A stretch of DNA of 64,000 nucleotides from Octopus vulgaris. Taxonomy: Eukaryota. Positions 24,303-36,939 of the stretch are shown here, piece by piece. Under the pieces are notes generated by a model that saw only the letters and a list, made by a program, of their open reading frames with translations, made no database searches and was not told where the DNA came from. A program made the translations under genes and the position numbers. Position 1 is the first letter of the stretch, and each line of letters begins with the position of its first letter. The stretch lies in the NCBI GenBank assembly GCA_951406725.2, contig OX597826.1, positions 66,216,001 through 66,280,000 of the forward strand. Reading direction: 5' to 3'.

Positions 24303-25803
24303 CTACAGAAAAAAGAAAAACATAAAATAATAGAGTAATAAAAAAAAAACTGTATGCACAGCATAATTAATACCCCCACCACCGGCTTCTGTAACACCAC
24401 CATTCTCCCACTAATACTGAAGTTACCACCAATAAACTTAGCCCGACTACAACACTTAGGTATCCACCACCTGATACAAGTGCTAAACGAGAGAGAGAGA
24501 GAGAGAGAGATAACTAGTAAACTTCCATAGGGGCCACCAATACCAGCAGAAATCTGATATATAAACCAGACATGAGCAGAATGAGTAACAGATGGTAGCC
24601 TCATCTCACTGAATATCCAATAAATAACATAATATTCTAATCAGAGCAGGTGTCAATGAAATAACAAATGTCACATTGAGGTTTTACTATTTAAAGCAGT
24701 GGTTCTCAGCTGGGGACCATATGGCCCTTGTGTGGGTGTGTTTGAGTTCTATATACTATTCTTAGTTAAAGTTTATGAGCAATAAATTATTTATACTTCT
24801 ACAATACACCAAATATTTTTCGAAATTTTTTCCCTAATACAATTCCAAATAAATATTCTTTTCTACTGGATGCACAACACCTCAAATTTGGGGGAAGGAA
24901 TTAAATCTATTACATCGACTCCACTGCATAACTGGTACTTATTTAATCGACCCGAAAGGATGAAAGGCAAAGTCGACCTTGGCGGAATTTGAACTAGAAA
25001 CGTGAAAACAGACAAAATATTGCAAAACATTTTGTCTAACGATTGTGCCAGCTAGCTGCCTTAATAATAAAAAAAATATAATTAGATTAAAAACGGATAT
25101 TTAGAGTGATTTTAGATACACTGTGTTAATGAAAGACAGGATGGTCATGGATGGAATATTTTTAATCATAAGCCTGCTGGGTCAGGGTTTATCAGGGATT
25201 AAACAAGAGAAACGAATGAAACCCTGGATTATGAAGTCCTAGGTACACTATGTTGGATAAAAGACTGGATGATTATTCATGGTTAATGAAGAACATGATG
25301 ATGTGGTGTTCATGCCTTTTCCAACGACATTAGTTATATCTGTAAATGAAGGGAAGCAGCTGTGACTGGGAGATGAAATTGGAAATGGTAAAGTTTGGTG
25401 ATGAAGAATTTGGCATTTTGCTAAACTAAGTTTTCCAAAAGTTGATACTCTCTTTCACCACATCCTTTTACACCCATCTCACTATACAAACCCACCCTAT
25501 CACCATGGATACTACCATCTACAGACACACATACCCACAAATTAATTTCATCCTGACTTACAACCCTGTTTACTTTTCCTACGTCACACCTGTCTATATG
25601 AAATACTGGAAAATTTTAGGTGTTAGGGAAGAGCTGTGACAGGGGCTAAGGGCTAACACAAAGCAATGACCAAAGAGCCCCTTACCAACAAGAACAACAA
25701 GAGAGAAGGAGAGAGTGAGGGCAAGAGACAGAGAGAGATGAAGTTTGAAGGTGAAAGTTGAAAACTAACCCGGGTATTGGAGGTCAGGCTAGGTAACATC
25801 TAG

Positions 25804-25934
25804 TTAACCAAATATTTTACGTTTCAATTTGCCTAGAAAACCATTATCATGATCATGATCGTCATCATTAGATGAAGGACTAGATTTAGGGGCTGATCCC
25901 TTTCCTGATATATTTTCTGTGTTTTCCTTCTTAT
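25804..25934 (-). CDS. DNAJA3: DNAJA3 last exon 12a (DKKENTENISGKGSAPKSSPSSNDDDHDHDNGFLGKLKRKIFG*)
   Basis: CTCTCTTTTCAG| acceptor, phase 1; GFLGKLKRKIFG* matches the Tid1-long tail GFLSKLKKMFTS*. Confidence 0.9.
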
Positions 25935-26361
25935 CTGAAAAGAGAGGAAGTGCACAGAATTATTTGTATTATTGGTATTAATGAGAACAAGTTGGTGTTT
26001 AGTAATGGGAACTGGCCTTCAAAGGAGGAGGACTATAAAAAAAAAAAACAAAAAAAAAAACTGGAAAATGTTAATCGTGCAAGGGGAAAGTGTGGGGGGG
26101 GGGGAGTATTGAGCACCTGATTGATTTATTGAGACAATGTGTGTGTGTGATGATCATAACATCTACTTTTCCACGCTTGCACAGGTCAGACAAGACTATA
26201 TGTTGAGGGTAGAGTTTTCTAAGTCTGGATGCCTTTCCTGATGCAAGCGCTCACCTGTTTCCGAGCAAGGTAATAACCTTCCAGTCTAGTGAATAATGAA
26301 CAACATGAATAGGGTTGCAATTAAGAACTGGAAACAAACGGCTGTTTAACATGTTGAGTGT

Positions 26362-27092
26362 ATATCACAACAGACTTGTTTAACTGAATGGTTTAGAAAA
26401 CAGACTTATCAAAGACCACCAGATTGTCTAACTGAAGGGCATAGACAACAGATGTCTAACCAAATGACAAGCAGACAGCAGACTTGCCTCACTAAATGTT
26501 ATAGATAATAGACCTGTCTAATCAAATGGTATAGACAACAGACTTGTCTAACTACATGGTATAGACAGCAGACCGCCTAACTCAATGGTATAGACAACAG
26601 ACTTGTCTAACTACATGGTATAGACAGCAAACCGCCTAACTCAATGGTATAGACAACAGACTTGCCTAACTGAGTTGCATAAACAACAGACTTATTCAAC
26701 AGGCTTCTCTAACTGAATAGTATAGGCAACAGATTTGTCTAAATGAATGATATAAACAGCAGACTTATTCAACAGGCTTCTCTAACTGAATAGTATAGGC
26801 AACAGATTTGTCTAAATGAATGATATAAACAGCAGATTTGTCTAAATGAATGGTATAGACAAAAGACTTGTCTAATCAAATGGATAGGCAACAGACTAGT
26901 CTAACTTAATGGTATGTAAACAGGCTTGTCTAACCGAATGATATAGACAACAGACATGTCTAACTGAATGTTACAGAAAACAAACATGTTCAATCAAATG
27001 TTGGAGACAACAGACTTGTCTAACTGAATGGTACATAAGCCACTAAACCCTGACTTGTCTATATCAATACTAGACAACAAACGTCTCTAATT
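26362..27092. repeat. 30-bp minisatellite, roughly 24 units, each with an internal inverted repeat
   Basis: Consensus TAGACAACAGACTTGTCTAACTGAATGGTA; TAGACAA and TTGTCTA are reverse complements. Confidence 0.9.
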
Positions 27093-27207
27093 CAATTTCC
27101 AGTCCATATATTTACACTCCACCAACAAAATCGTAAGAAACCAGACCTTAAATGTTACCCGACTAAACAACAGAGTCCAAAGAAAGATAAAGAACCAGGG
27201 TACTTAC

Positions 27208-27305
27208 CAGAGGTAGTTTTCACTACTTCATCAATGGTACCATCAACACCTTTTTCATTTTCAGCGTAGGCAAGTAAGAGAGACTTTTGTGATTGAGTTA
27301 ACGAT
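27208..27305 (-). CDS. DNAJA3: DNAJA3 exon 11 (SLTQSQKSLLLAYAENEKGVDGTIDEVVKTTS)
   Basis: CAG| acceptor, G|GTAAGT donor, 98 nt; Tid1 C-terminal motif. Confidence 0.93.
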
Positions 27306-27427
27306 CTGTAAGAGACAACAGTCAAAATATTTTATTTAGGTACAGGCACTAATATTGGTTGTTTAATTATTCAGGTCTTCTACGCCTTCATCTACAGTAC
27401 CAACAACAACAATAATAAGGATAATCA

Positions 27428-27673
27428 TCTGTGCCGATGGCACGTTAAAAGCACCAACTGATCGTGGCTGATGCCAGACCCCCCTGGCACCTGTGCAGGT
27501 GGCACGTAAAAAGCACCCACTACACTCGCGGAGTGGTTGGCGTTAGGAAGGGCATCCAGCTGTAGAAACACTGCCAGATCAGATTGGAGCCTGGTGCAGC
27601 CCCTGGCTTCCCAGACCCTGGTTGAACCGTCCAACCCATGCTAGCGCGGAAAACGGACGTTAAACGATGATGA
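27428..27673 (+). mobile_element. Family D retroposon
   Basis: Consensus tail with (GAT)n. Confidence 0.75.
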
Positions 27674-28044
27674 AATACTGTAAAACACTAGATCATGCAT
27701 TCAATGTCACTACTTCCATCATAGATGTGAGCAGTGTGGGAGGCAAGCTGGATGTATGCATAAAGAGAAACTGTGGCTACTTAACACACAGCCACTTCTA
27801 TGCTAAGTGAATATAATGAAACAACAATATAGCAAAACTCAACTCTTCATATTGGTAAATGTAATTCCTTAATTCCCACCAGAGAATCTATTTTCAAATT
27901 CACTCAAATGAAGATTCGTGAACATTTTCCATTGACAGTCTCAACACTTTTCCAATTTTAATTATCGTCTTTTTTAAATGTATCAAGGATCATTTTGCTG
28001 ATAATGGAATAAACTATAACAGAGTCTTTGTTCAATTCATGAGC

Positions 28045-28490
28045 ATGGCTCGCAGGATGGCCTGCTGTGCTAATCTTGGATCGTAGAGTGACCCGCTGTT
28101 CATGAGGAGACCCATTGAGTCAAGTACATCAACAGCAACATCAAAATGAAAATCAAATGGAAATTGTAGTTAAGATACCCATGCCAGTGACACGTAAAAA
28201 GCACCGTTCGAACGTGCCAGATGCTAGTGCCGCCTGACTGGCGTCCGTGTTGGTGACATGTAAAAGCACCAACCAATCGTGGCCATTTGCCAGCCTCCTC
28301 TGGCCCATGTGCCGGTGGCACGTAAAAAGCACCCACTACACTCACGGAGTGGTTGGCGTTAGGAAGGGCATCGAGCTGTAGAAACACTGCCAGATCAGAC
28401 TGGAGCCTGGTGCAGCCTCCTGGCTTCCCAGACCCCGGTCGAACTGTCCAACCCATGCTAGCATGGAAAACAGACGTTAAACGATGATGA
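28045..28490 (+). mobile_element. Family D retroposon
   Basis: Consensus tail with tandem GGCACGTAAAAAGCACC units. Confidence 0.75.
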
Positions 28491-28596
28491 ATATCAATAT
28501 GCACAACACATATTCCAGCAGAAAAACACCTGGAGAATGGTTTTTCTGCCAGTAATAATAATAATAATAATAATAGTAAAATTTATGTATACTTAC

Positions 28597-28712
28597 TTAG
28601 GTATAGAAATATGTATATGCACAATATGATCACCAAAGCCTGAACTGTTCACTCTTGATATTCCTTTCCTTGGTAGTCTAATATAATCATGTGACTGTGT
28701 TCCTGCTGGGAT
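28597..28712 (-). CDS. DNAJA3: DNAJA3 exon 10 (IPAGTQSHDYIRLPRKGISRVNSSGFGDHIVHIHISIPK)
   Basis: DnaJ C-terminal domain II motif; CAG| and |GTAAGT; 116 nt. Confidence 0.95.
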
Positions 28713-29811
28713 CTGGGACAAGAAAAGAAGAGAACCTCAGGTGAATCAAATGGGACAATAACATCGGTGAGTAAAGTGAATGGGAAGGTGAGTGGGAGCA
28801 AGTGGACATTCCGGGATTTTATCAAGGTTAAGAAGAGGGTGGTTTCTATTGGGTTGGTGCATAATCATTGCAGCTTTTTTTCAACAAAAAACAATAACAA
28901 TATTTAGCAAAAACATCTTTAAATGATGGTCTGACAATCTACCAAGCAAATGGGAAGCAGTAATTGAAGTAGATGGTGAATATGCTCCAGAATAATTGTT
29001 TAAAGATGATTTTGTTACATGTTGCTATTGTTTTTGTTGAATAAAATTAATAGAAAGAAAGCTGCAATAATTATGCACCAATCCAATATATTATCCTTTC
29101 TCTTGCCATTCAGAGTGTCACCAATTCATTGATGAGCTAAACTATGAAAGACTTACACCATCAACCATAGACCTTCATCATTATCATCTAATGTCTACTT
29201 TTCCATGTTTGCATGGGTCAAATGAAATTCATTGAGGCAGATTTTCTACAGCCAAATGCCCTTCTTGTCCTCAACCCTCACTTGTTTTGAAGCAAGATAA
29301 TATTTCTCCATAGCTAGACATGTTTTTTCCAGAAGACTAGAAACGAACAACCTTGCCTAGATGATGATGATGATGCTTAATTACAACCATCACATGATGC
29401 CAAGACAAAGGCACACATGCATACACATCATATATATAAATGATGGGCTTCTTTCAGTTTCTGTTTGCTAAATCCAATCCCAATGCATTGGTTGAACTTG
29501 GACTATAGCAGAAAACACTTGTCAAAGGTGCTGTGCAGTGGGACTGGACCCAAAACATGGCTGGGATGCAAGCTCCTTAACCACACAGCCACCCTTATGC
29601 CTTTGAAACTTAAAACATCCCACATATCCAACAACCCCTCAAGTCAATGCAGTATGTCAGTGGCTGACATCCAGTCCTTAACTAAGGCACAGACACCTGT
29701 TTACCTAAAAAATTGCAAAAGTCTTACACTCAAGAAATATTCGTTGGGGCAAAGAGAATATCACACACATTAAAGAAAGTGATAACATGGCTCTAGTAAT
29801 CACTGGATGGT

Positions 29812-30095
29812 GGAGGCACAATGGCCCAGTGGTTAGGGCAGCGGACTCAAGTCAGAGGATCGCGGTTTCGATTCCCAGACTGGGCGTTGTGTGTGTTTAT
29901 TGAGCGAAAATACCTAATGCTCCCCGAGGCTCCGGCAGGGGGTGGTGGTGACCCCTGTTGTACTCTTTCGCCCCAACTTTCTCTCACTCTTTCTTCCTGT
30001 TTCTTCGATGGACTGGCGTCCTGTCCAGTTGGGGGGAACACACACACCACAGAAACCGGGAAACCGGGCCCATGAGCCTGGCTAGGCTTGAAAAT
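29812..30095 (+). mobile_element. SINE family C
   Basis: Same head as 12385. Confidence 0.8.
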
Positions 30096-30129
30096 GGCAC
30101 ATAAATAAAAAAATCACTGGATGACTTAC

Positions 30130-30258
30130 TTTCAGTGAGAGTTTCTCATAAATTCCTGCGATCTTCTTGGAACCACCTAGAACTGCCTGTGATAAACTGA
30201 TGTGAACATTACTGTGAATATCAGCACCATCACGCCAAAACTGTTTACTTTTGGAAAC
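30130..30258 (-). CDS. DNAJA3: DNAJA3 exon 9 (VSKSKQFWRDGADIHSNVHISLSQAVLGGSKKIAGIYEKLSLK)
   Basis: F.RDGADIHS...QA.LGG DnaJ C-terminal motif; canonical splice sites; 129 nt. Confidence 0.95.
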
Positions 30259-30529
30259 CTGAAACATAACATACAGACAAGAAGTAGTAGTAGTAGTAAT
30301 AATAATAGAAGTGGTGGTAATTCTAATCCTAAGCTTTCCATGTTCCCAAATGATTAATAAATTTGATTCCCAGCTATGAATCCCTTGGTCCCCCCCACCC
30401 AGCAAGGTCAGTGCTTTGAGTTCATATCTTCCAACACAGCCATGAATCACATGATTCTAGATGCAAGATGAGGGAATCGTCGACTGAATTAAACCTGTAA
30501 AGTGTTGACATCTGTCACCATTTGTCACT

Positions 30530-30895
30530 GGTATTTAATTTATCGACTCCGAAAGGATGAAAAGTAGAGGCGACCTCGGTGGAGTTTGAACTCAGAACAT
30601 AAACACAGATGAAATACCGCTAAGCATTTCACCCAGAGTGCTAACGTTTCTGCCAGCTCGCCGCCTTTAAAAACATTCTTTTCTCCTCTAGGCACAAGGC
30701 TAGAAAGTTTTGGGGAGGGGGCCAGTTGATTAGATTGACCCCAGTACATAACTGGTACTTAATTTATCAACCCCAAAAGGATGAAAGGCAAAATTGACCT
30801 ACCTTGGTGGAATTTGAACTCAGAACATAAAGACAGACAAAATACTGCTAAGCATTTCGTCTGGTGTGCTAACGTTTCTGCTAGCTCACCACCTT
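30530..30895 (-). mobile_element. Two SINE family B copies
   Basis: Two reverse-complement family B heads and bodies. Confidence 0.8.
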
Positions 30896-31049
30896 AACAA
30901 TACCCAGTATTACTTCACTACAAGTGATGCACACAGACCAAGGGTCATTAATATTAATTCTCTCTCTCCATCAAGAGTGACTAATGTCAAAAAAACAAAA
31001 TAAAAAGCAGAAGATTTATAAGTTAAAACAAAAGTTCCAATGAACTCAC

Positions 31050-31114
31050 CTTAAATGTAATGAAAATTTCCTGAGTCCCAACTGACATCCGCACCGTTTG
31101 ACCATCTTCCACAC
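31050..31114 (-). CDS. DNAJA3: DNAJA3 exon 8 (GVEDGQTVRMSVGTQEIFITFK)
   Basis: PAGVEDGQTVRM motif; CAG| and |GTGAGT; 65 nt. Confidence 0.95.
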
Positions 31115-31889
31115 CTGAGGACAGACAAATACATTAGTCATTTGTTTTGCTTTACATTCAGTTTTTTTCTGTGTTAGTGAAGAAGGAGCACGCCATCGGT
31201 TATGACGACGAGGGTCCCAGCTGATACGATCAAAGGAACAGCTTGCTCATGAAATCAATGTGCAAGTGGCTGAGCACTCTACAGACATGTCTATCCTTAG
31301 CGTAGTTCTCAGGGAGATTCAGTGATACAGAGTGTGACAAGGCTGGCCCTTTGAAATACAGGTACTACTCATTTTTGTCAGCTGAGTGGACTGGAGCAAT
31401 GTGAAATAAAGTGTCTTGCTCAAGGACACAACGCATCGCTGGGAATTGAACTCACAACCTTATGATCGTGAGGTGAATGCCCCTAACCACTAAGCCATGC
31501 ACCCTCACATGTTAGTACAGGTTACATGAATATATATTACTGAGGAAGTGTTTTACAGCTGGAGGCCCTTCCTGTTGCTAACTCTTAATTGTTTTTCAAG
31601 TAAAGGATTCTGGTTGACAGGGAAATGTCAATAAGTCTCAGCACTTGTAAACGGTCATTTAGGCACACACACACACACATACGTACAAAAAGTGGGCTTT
31701 GTTCAGTTTCCATCTACCGAATTCACTCACAGACCATTGGTTAGTCTGAAGTCACAGTAGAAGGCACTGACCCAAAATGCAACTGAACCGGAAACCAAGC
31801 AGACTTCTTAAACAGTCATACATGGTCACAGTCAAATGACTGAAACAAGGAAAAGAATAAAAGAACAAACACACACACACACAAGCACA

Positions 31890-32815
31890 CTGAAATGGTA
31901 AAATTTGAAGTGAGTGAGACCGTTGCCAGAGCAACGAGCTGGCCTCCGAGCTGATGGCATGTTAAAAGCACCATTCGAGCATGATCGTTACAGGAGTCGC
32001 CTTACTAGCACTTGTGCTGGTGGCACATGAAAAAATCATTCGAGCAAGGTCGTTGCCAGTGCTGCTGGACTGGCTCCTGTGCAGGTGGCACATAAAAAGC
32101 ACCATTTGAGCATGGCCGTTGCCAGTATCACCTGGCTGGCCCTCATGCCGGTGGCACGTAAAAGCACCCACTACACTCTCGGAGTGGTTGGCATTAGGAA
32201 ATGCATCCAGCTATAGAAACTCTGCCAGATCAGATTGGAGTCTGGTGCAGCCATCTGGTTCGCCAGACCTCAGTTAAATCCTCCAACCCATGCTAGCATG
32301 GAAAGCGGACGTTAAACGACAATGATGATGATCTTTATTGGCCAGATTCAGTTTATAAAATTCAAAAGACAGAAAATACTCAGTGTTAATATATGTTGAT
32401 GGTAAAAAAACTCTAGCATTATGGAGTCATGTCTTTTCTTTAAAGAATGAAATGTAAGCAGGTTGCAAAAAAGACAGACCTGGTTAACCCTTTTGCAACC
32501 GAATTTCTATTGAAATACACAGCTTTTGCTTTAATTAAATTTGAAAATAATAAAGAATTTAGAAAAATAGCTATTGGTGTTTGGGTGTGGCCGTTGCCAG
32601 TACCGCGTGACTGGCCCTCGTGCCGGTGGTACGTAAAAGCACCCACTACACTCTCGGAGTGGTTGGCTTTAGGAAGGGCATCCAGCTGTAGAAACTCTAC
32701 CGGATCAAGATTGGAGCCTGGTGCAGCCATCTGGTTCGCCAGTCCTCAGTCAAATCGTCCAACCCATGCTAGCATGGAAAGCGGATGTTAGACGATGATG
32801 ATGGATGATGATGAT
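31890..32815 (+). mobile_element. Two family D retroposons (~31890-32330 and ~32585-32815)
   Basis: Consensus tails with (GAT)n. Confidence 0.75.
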
Positions 32816-33414
32816 GTTTGAAGTTTAAATTAACACGAAATTTTGGTAGAAAATTTTAATTCAGATCATTTTAAAAGAGAAAGCTTGTATAGTAGAACCA
32901 GAGATGGTCATGGGAAGGCTGGTATTAAAAGGGTTAACAGATGTTGGTAGGTTCTAATCAAAGACAGAACTAGTGAAACTTTTTACATCACCACTCTTCA
33001 TTTATTCATTTTGTGTTCATTTTTCCTATGCTAATATGGGCTAGACGTAGGAACCCCTTAATTTTGGGGGCTAAAAATTTGGAAAAAAGGTTTTGTAAGG
33101 GATATAATATTATTCATGTGTATGAAACTCCTATATTTTTTTAACCTAATTTTTGACAAAAAAGGGTTCCTTATACACATTAAAATATGGTATTGTTTTA
33201 AAGGCATTGTTTTAAAGCTGGATGCCTTTCATGTTGCTAACCCCTTTCGACTAAGGGATTATCTCACTTGTCTTTGAAAGGGTAGAATTACTTGGTAATT
33301 TGTTAACTGGGAAATTCAACGAATGGGATCATCTACACTGGTCAACTATCAATTCTTGAAATCCAAAGCCTGAAACAACTACTACCACTCCGCTGCTGTC
33401 ACCACCGTACTTAC

Positions 33415-33562
33415 CTGCAGGTACAGGAACTGTGAGTTTTTTCCGTAGAATCATCTGACCTTTGCCTCCACATTCTGTACAAGGATGGCTGATAAGGACC
33501 TTTGTACCATGGCACTTCCGACAGGTAGTCTGCATTACAAATGGTCCAGTGCTAACCGTTTC
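33415..33562 (-). CDS. DNAJA3: DNAJA3 exon 7 (ETVSTGPFVMQTTCRKCHGTKVLISHPCTECGGKGQMILRKKLTVPVPA)
   Basis: Zinc-finger repeats 3-4 (CxxCxG); canonical splice sites; 148 nt. Confidence 0.97.
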
Positions 33563-33696
33563 CTGTTACAAGAAAGAAAGAAAGAAAGAGAGAGAATGGT
33601 GAAGAGTGGTATTACTCGAGGGTTCAAGGTCTATAGCACCTCCAATATACAAGGCAAGGACTGAACACACAACTATATTCTCTAAAAGGGGAAGAT

Positions 33697-33916
33697 ATGA
33701 GGGTGTGCTGAAAAGTTACTGGTTTTAAGGGTATATTGCAAAAGGCCTGGTTGGAGGCCCAGCATTTTGAGTTCTTTTACGAAGCCTAGAAAAACTGAAA
33801 GATTGCTGCAATAAGTGTGTGAACATGTGAGGGGAATATGTTGGATAAAATCATAATTAACTGGTCATACTGTATTTTCTTTACCTAAAGCCAGGGATTT
33901 TTCAGCACCACCTCAT
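33697..33916. mobile_element. mariner-type MITE
   Basis: Inverted ends ATGAGGGTGTGCTGAAAA / TTTTCAGCACCACCTCAT. Confidence 0.6.
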
Positions 33917-34207
33917 GTATAAATATAAATAGGTGTATATGTAGTAGGGGAGGGAGCAAGGAGAGAACGTGAGAGAGAGAGAGGAGAGAAAGAGAGAGAA
34001 AATTGGTGCTTGTAGATCTGTCACTCTGGTGGCCACACACACAGTCAGAAACACATAGAGACACTAAGAAGCACATACAGACACACACACACACACACAC
34101 ATGCACAGAGAGGCAGAAACACATAGAAGCACACACAAACACACACTGGCAGAAACACATAGATGCACCCAGAGACATATTCAGAAATAAAAGCTGCCTG
34201 TACTCAC

Positions 34208-34360
34208 CACTCCAGTTCCGTTACAGAAATGGCACCTGACAGGTTTGGTGCCAGGTTCTGCCTTCTTACCACCACACTTTGGACATAAGTCTTTCACATT
34301 GACGCTGATGTCTTTGTTGACGCCGCGTGCAGCCTCTTCAAATGATATATTCATGTAAAA
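34208..34360 (-). CDS. DNAJA3: DNAJA3 exon 6 (FYMNISFEEAARGVNKDISVNVKDLCPKCGGKKAEPGTKPVRCHFCNGTGV)
   Basis: Zinc-finger repeats 1-2; TAG| and |GTGAGT; 153 nt. Confidence 0.97.
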
Positions 34361-35221
34361 CTAGAGAATTAAATTAAAAAAAAAAAAAAAAAAAAATCAG
34401 AAACAGATATCAACTAAAATACATGTTGTGACATTCATGCCATTCCCAATACATTAGTAAATAAAATGAAACAGCTGAAAAGGTTAAGAACTCCTTTGGT
34501 AAGTTTCTTCTATCAAGTCTACGGATTGATTAATATCATGTCTTGTAAGTGGAATTTGGTACATGGAACCTGTATAGAAGCCCAACCTATATATATATTT
34601 ATATATATACATATATATATATATATAAAACTTATTACTTCCTAAAGACAACACGTGCTTATACCTGTCTCCTCTCATAAGCTCGTCCTCCTAACATTCA
34701 TAATAATTTTTCTATCGTCTTGGCTTAACAGCCCTCACCGTTTGTTTTTACTATCTTGTTCTTGTTACCACTTTCACCCTCTGCAAAAAATCCCAAATTT
34801 TTTTTAATTTGCTTTGAAGGAAGGACTGTTTCAATGAAGTTGCGTATTGTCCTTGCTTTCAAAATGCAGAGTAGATGAAACAGGAACAACTGATGAAGAG
34901 GAATATTCATTTTGTTGCATATCTCATTTCTCTGTTTGTTTTCTTTGTTGTTCCAAAAAATTTTCATTTCCTATGTTTTTGTTTCTCATTGTGTTCAACA
35001 ATTTTTAGATATCCTGTACCCATATATGCATGTATATATACATATACATGTAAGTATGTACATATATGTATGTATATATGCATATATTTATATATTATTT
35101 ATATTATTATTATATACTGATAAAAATGGTAAGACAACAAAAGAATGAAAGAGACCTCAATATTATGTAAATAGAGGAATTTATCTGTAAATGTAATATG
35201 TGACAATTATTTGGTAGCCAT

Positions 35222-35282
35222 GATAAAACTCTGAGTTTCGGATGCTGAGGTGGAAATCCACGCCGCTATCTCTTCAGTTATC
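35222..35282 (-). ncRNA. Type I hammerhead ribozyme motif (Penelope-type) within a repeat at ~35115-35460
   Basis: GATAA CTGAAGA G..stemII..C GAAA CTCAGAG T T TTATC: stem I GATAA/TTATC, intact core, near-palindromic stem III, GUU site. Confidence 0.7.
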
Positions 35283-35836
35283 TGGCCATCGGAAAAATAC
35301 TATGATAAATGACCGTTATACTAAGGGAAATTACTGTGTGATTGACCGTTATTAAGACAAAAGAGCTATTTGAATGACCGCTAAGTGAGGGGAGGGAGTA
35401 AAAGTAAAGGGGTAAAAAGGTTCATAGTATTCGCGTAAGCGCACATGTCCATACCTACACAGGTCTATATGCGCACATACACAAGAAAAAACAAGGCTAA
35501 AGGCAAAAATACAAGAAAATGTGTAAAAAAAAAAAAAATGAGTAAAATATGTCTATATACGCACATACTTGCATTAAGACTAAGAATAAGAAACCCCATA
35601 TTTTTTAAACTTAATTTTTGACAAATAAAGAGTTCCTTATACACGTTAAATATGGTATATATATTCATTCCATGATAATGATAAAAGCAATATAGGGAGA
35701 ACATCTCTCAAAATCTATCAAATGACAGACTCAACCTCAGTGGAAACTAAATTTAAAACAGAGACAATAAGTAGGAAGGTGTAAATCATCATTTACTGAT
35801 GATGATGATGATAAAGGCATTATAAATTTATTTTAC

Positions 35837-35976
35837 CTCGGAAGCAGGTGCAAAACCGAATTTTGATTCTTCAAAATCTTGAAAATTACCAAAGCCAGAC
35901 ATTTTAAAGCCGGCGTCACCAAATATTTTTCTGAACAGTTCTTCAGGGTTGATTGTACTTTGGAAATTCTCAAAAC
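35837..35976 (-). CDS. DNAJA3: DNAJA3 exon 5 (GFENFQSTINPEELFRKIFGDAGFKMSGFGNFQDFEESKFGFAPASE)
   Basis: PEELFRKIFG Tid1 signature in the G/F region; phases fit; 140 nt. Confidence 0.96.
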
Positions 35977-36939
35977 CTTAAGAGAGACAAGAAGACACAA
36001 TATAAAAGAAAGAAAGAAAAAGAGAGAGAGAGAGATTGTTTGGAAATATAATTGCTCAGTTCTAAAGGAAGAAAGAAGGATGTAGTGGCTGAAAGGTTGG
36101 GGTGGTGGACTATTGATGCAAAATAGGTGAAAAGTTCAAATGTTGAGAGTCACTGTTGTTCATCTGGAAGTTGAGGAATTCTATGTAGTGATGTGATCCC
36201 ATCCACCAGGTGTTAGGTATCTCTTTAAGGAAACCACCGTCCAACTCTTGTTAGATGGTTATTCATCTAAGCCATCTATCAACACCTCACAGCCACTACT
36301 AATCTGTTAAGGATTCCACCCAACCCCACCAGTGAAATGTAGAATATGACCTGACCAGACAAACTGACAGGAAGACGATAGTGTGAGACAGTTGATCAGA
36401 TTATAGGTTCAACTTTATGAACAAGTTAATCTTGCAAGGTTAATACTGACCCAAGACAATACAGAAGGACTAATACTCAGTCTTTTAAAAGCTAAATCTC
36501 CTGCCAAAAACTGCCTGCCTGGTGGCACTATCTGTCTCAACTCTTGAACAGAAAGGCCTCCTGACAAACCATACCATCATTGGTATGTGTTTATGTATTG
36601 GATTAGACTGGATTGCCTATGTCCTGTCCACCGCAGGACAAAGGCCTCAGCATGTTCGATTATGCTGGTTTGATGAGCCTACCCTGTCACACTGGCTCAA
36701 TGTGGCTTGACAGAGGGATACAGGTTTTATACTTTTACTCAAGAGTAGTTAAGTCAATTAAATCAACCCCAGTGCTCAAATAGTACTTACTTTATCGACC
36801 TTGAAAGGATGAAAAGCAAAGCTGACCTTGGCGGAATTTGAACTCAGAACGTAAGGGTGAAATACCACAATGCATTTTCCCTGGCATGCTAATGATTCTG
36901 CTGCCTTAGTATTTGCTTATGTATAAGTGAAAGAATCTG

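Noticed and set aside
26362-27092. CRISPR-like array or repeat-protein ORF (TCLTEWYRQQ frame)
   Set aside because: Linkers are homologous rather than unique spacers, there are no cas genes, the context is eukaryotic, and the frame has repeated stops.
27085-27207. Intron-11 read-through giving a hydrophobic DNAJA3 tail (GKYPGSLSFLWTLLF...)
   Set aside because: The donor is a perfect GTAAGT, and T-rich intron sequence gives hydrophobic peptides by chance; no supporting evidence.
34885-34915. CTGATGA hammerhead-like start on the + strand
   Set aside because: No downstream GAAA with closing stems could be found in this copy.
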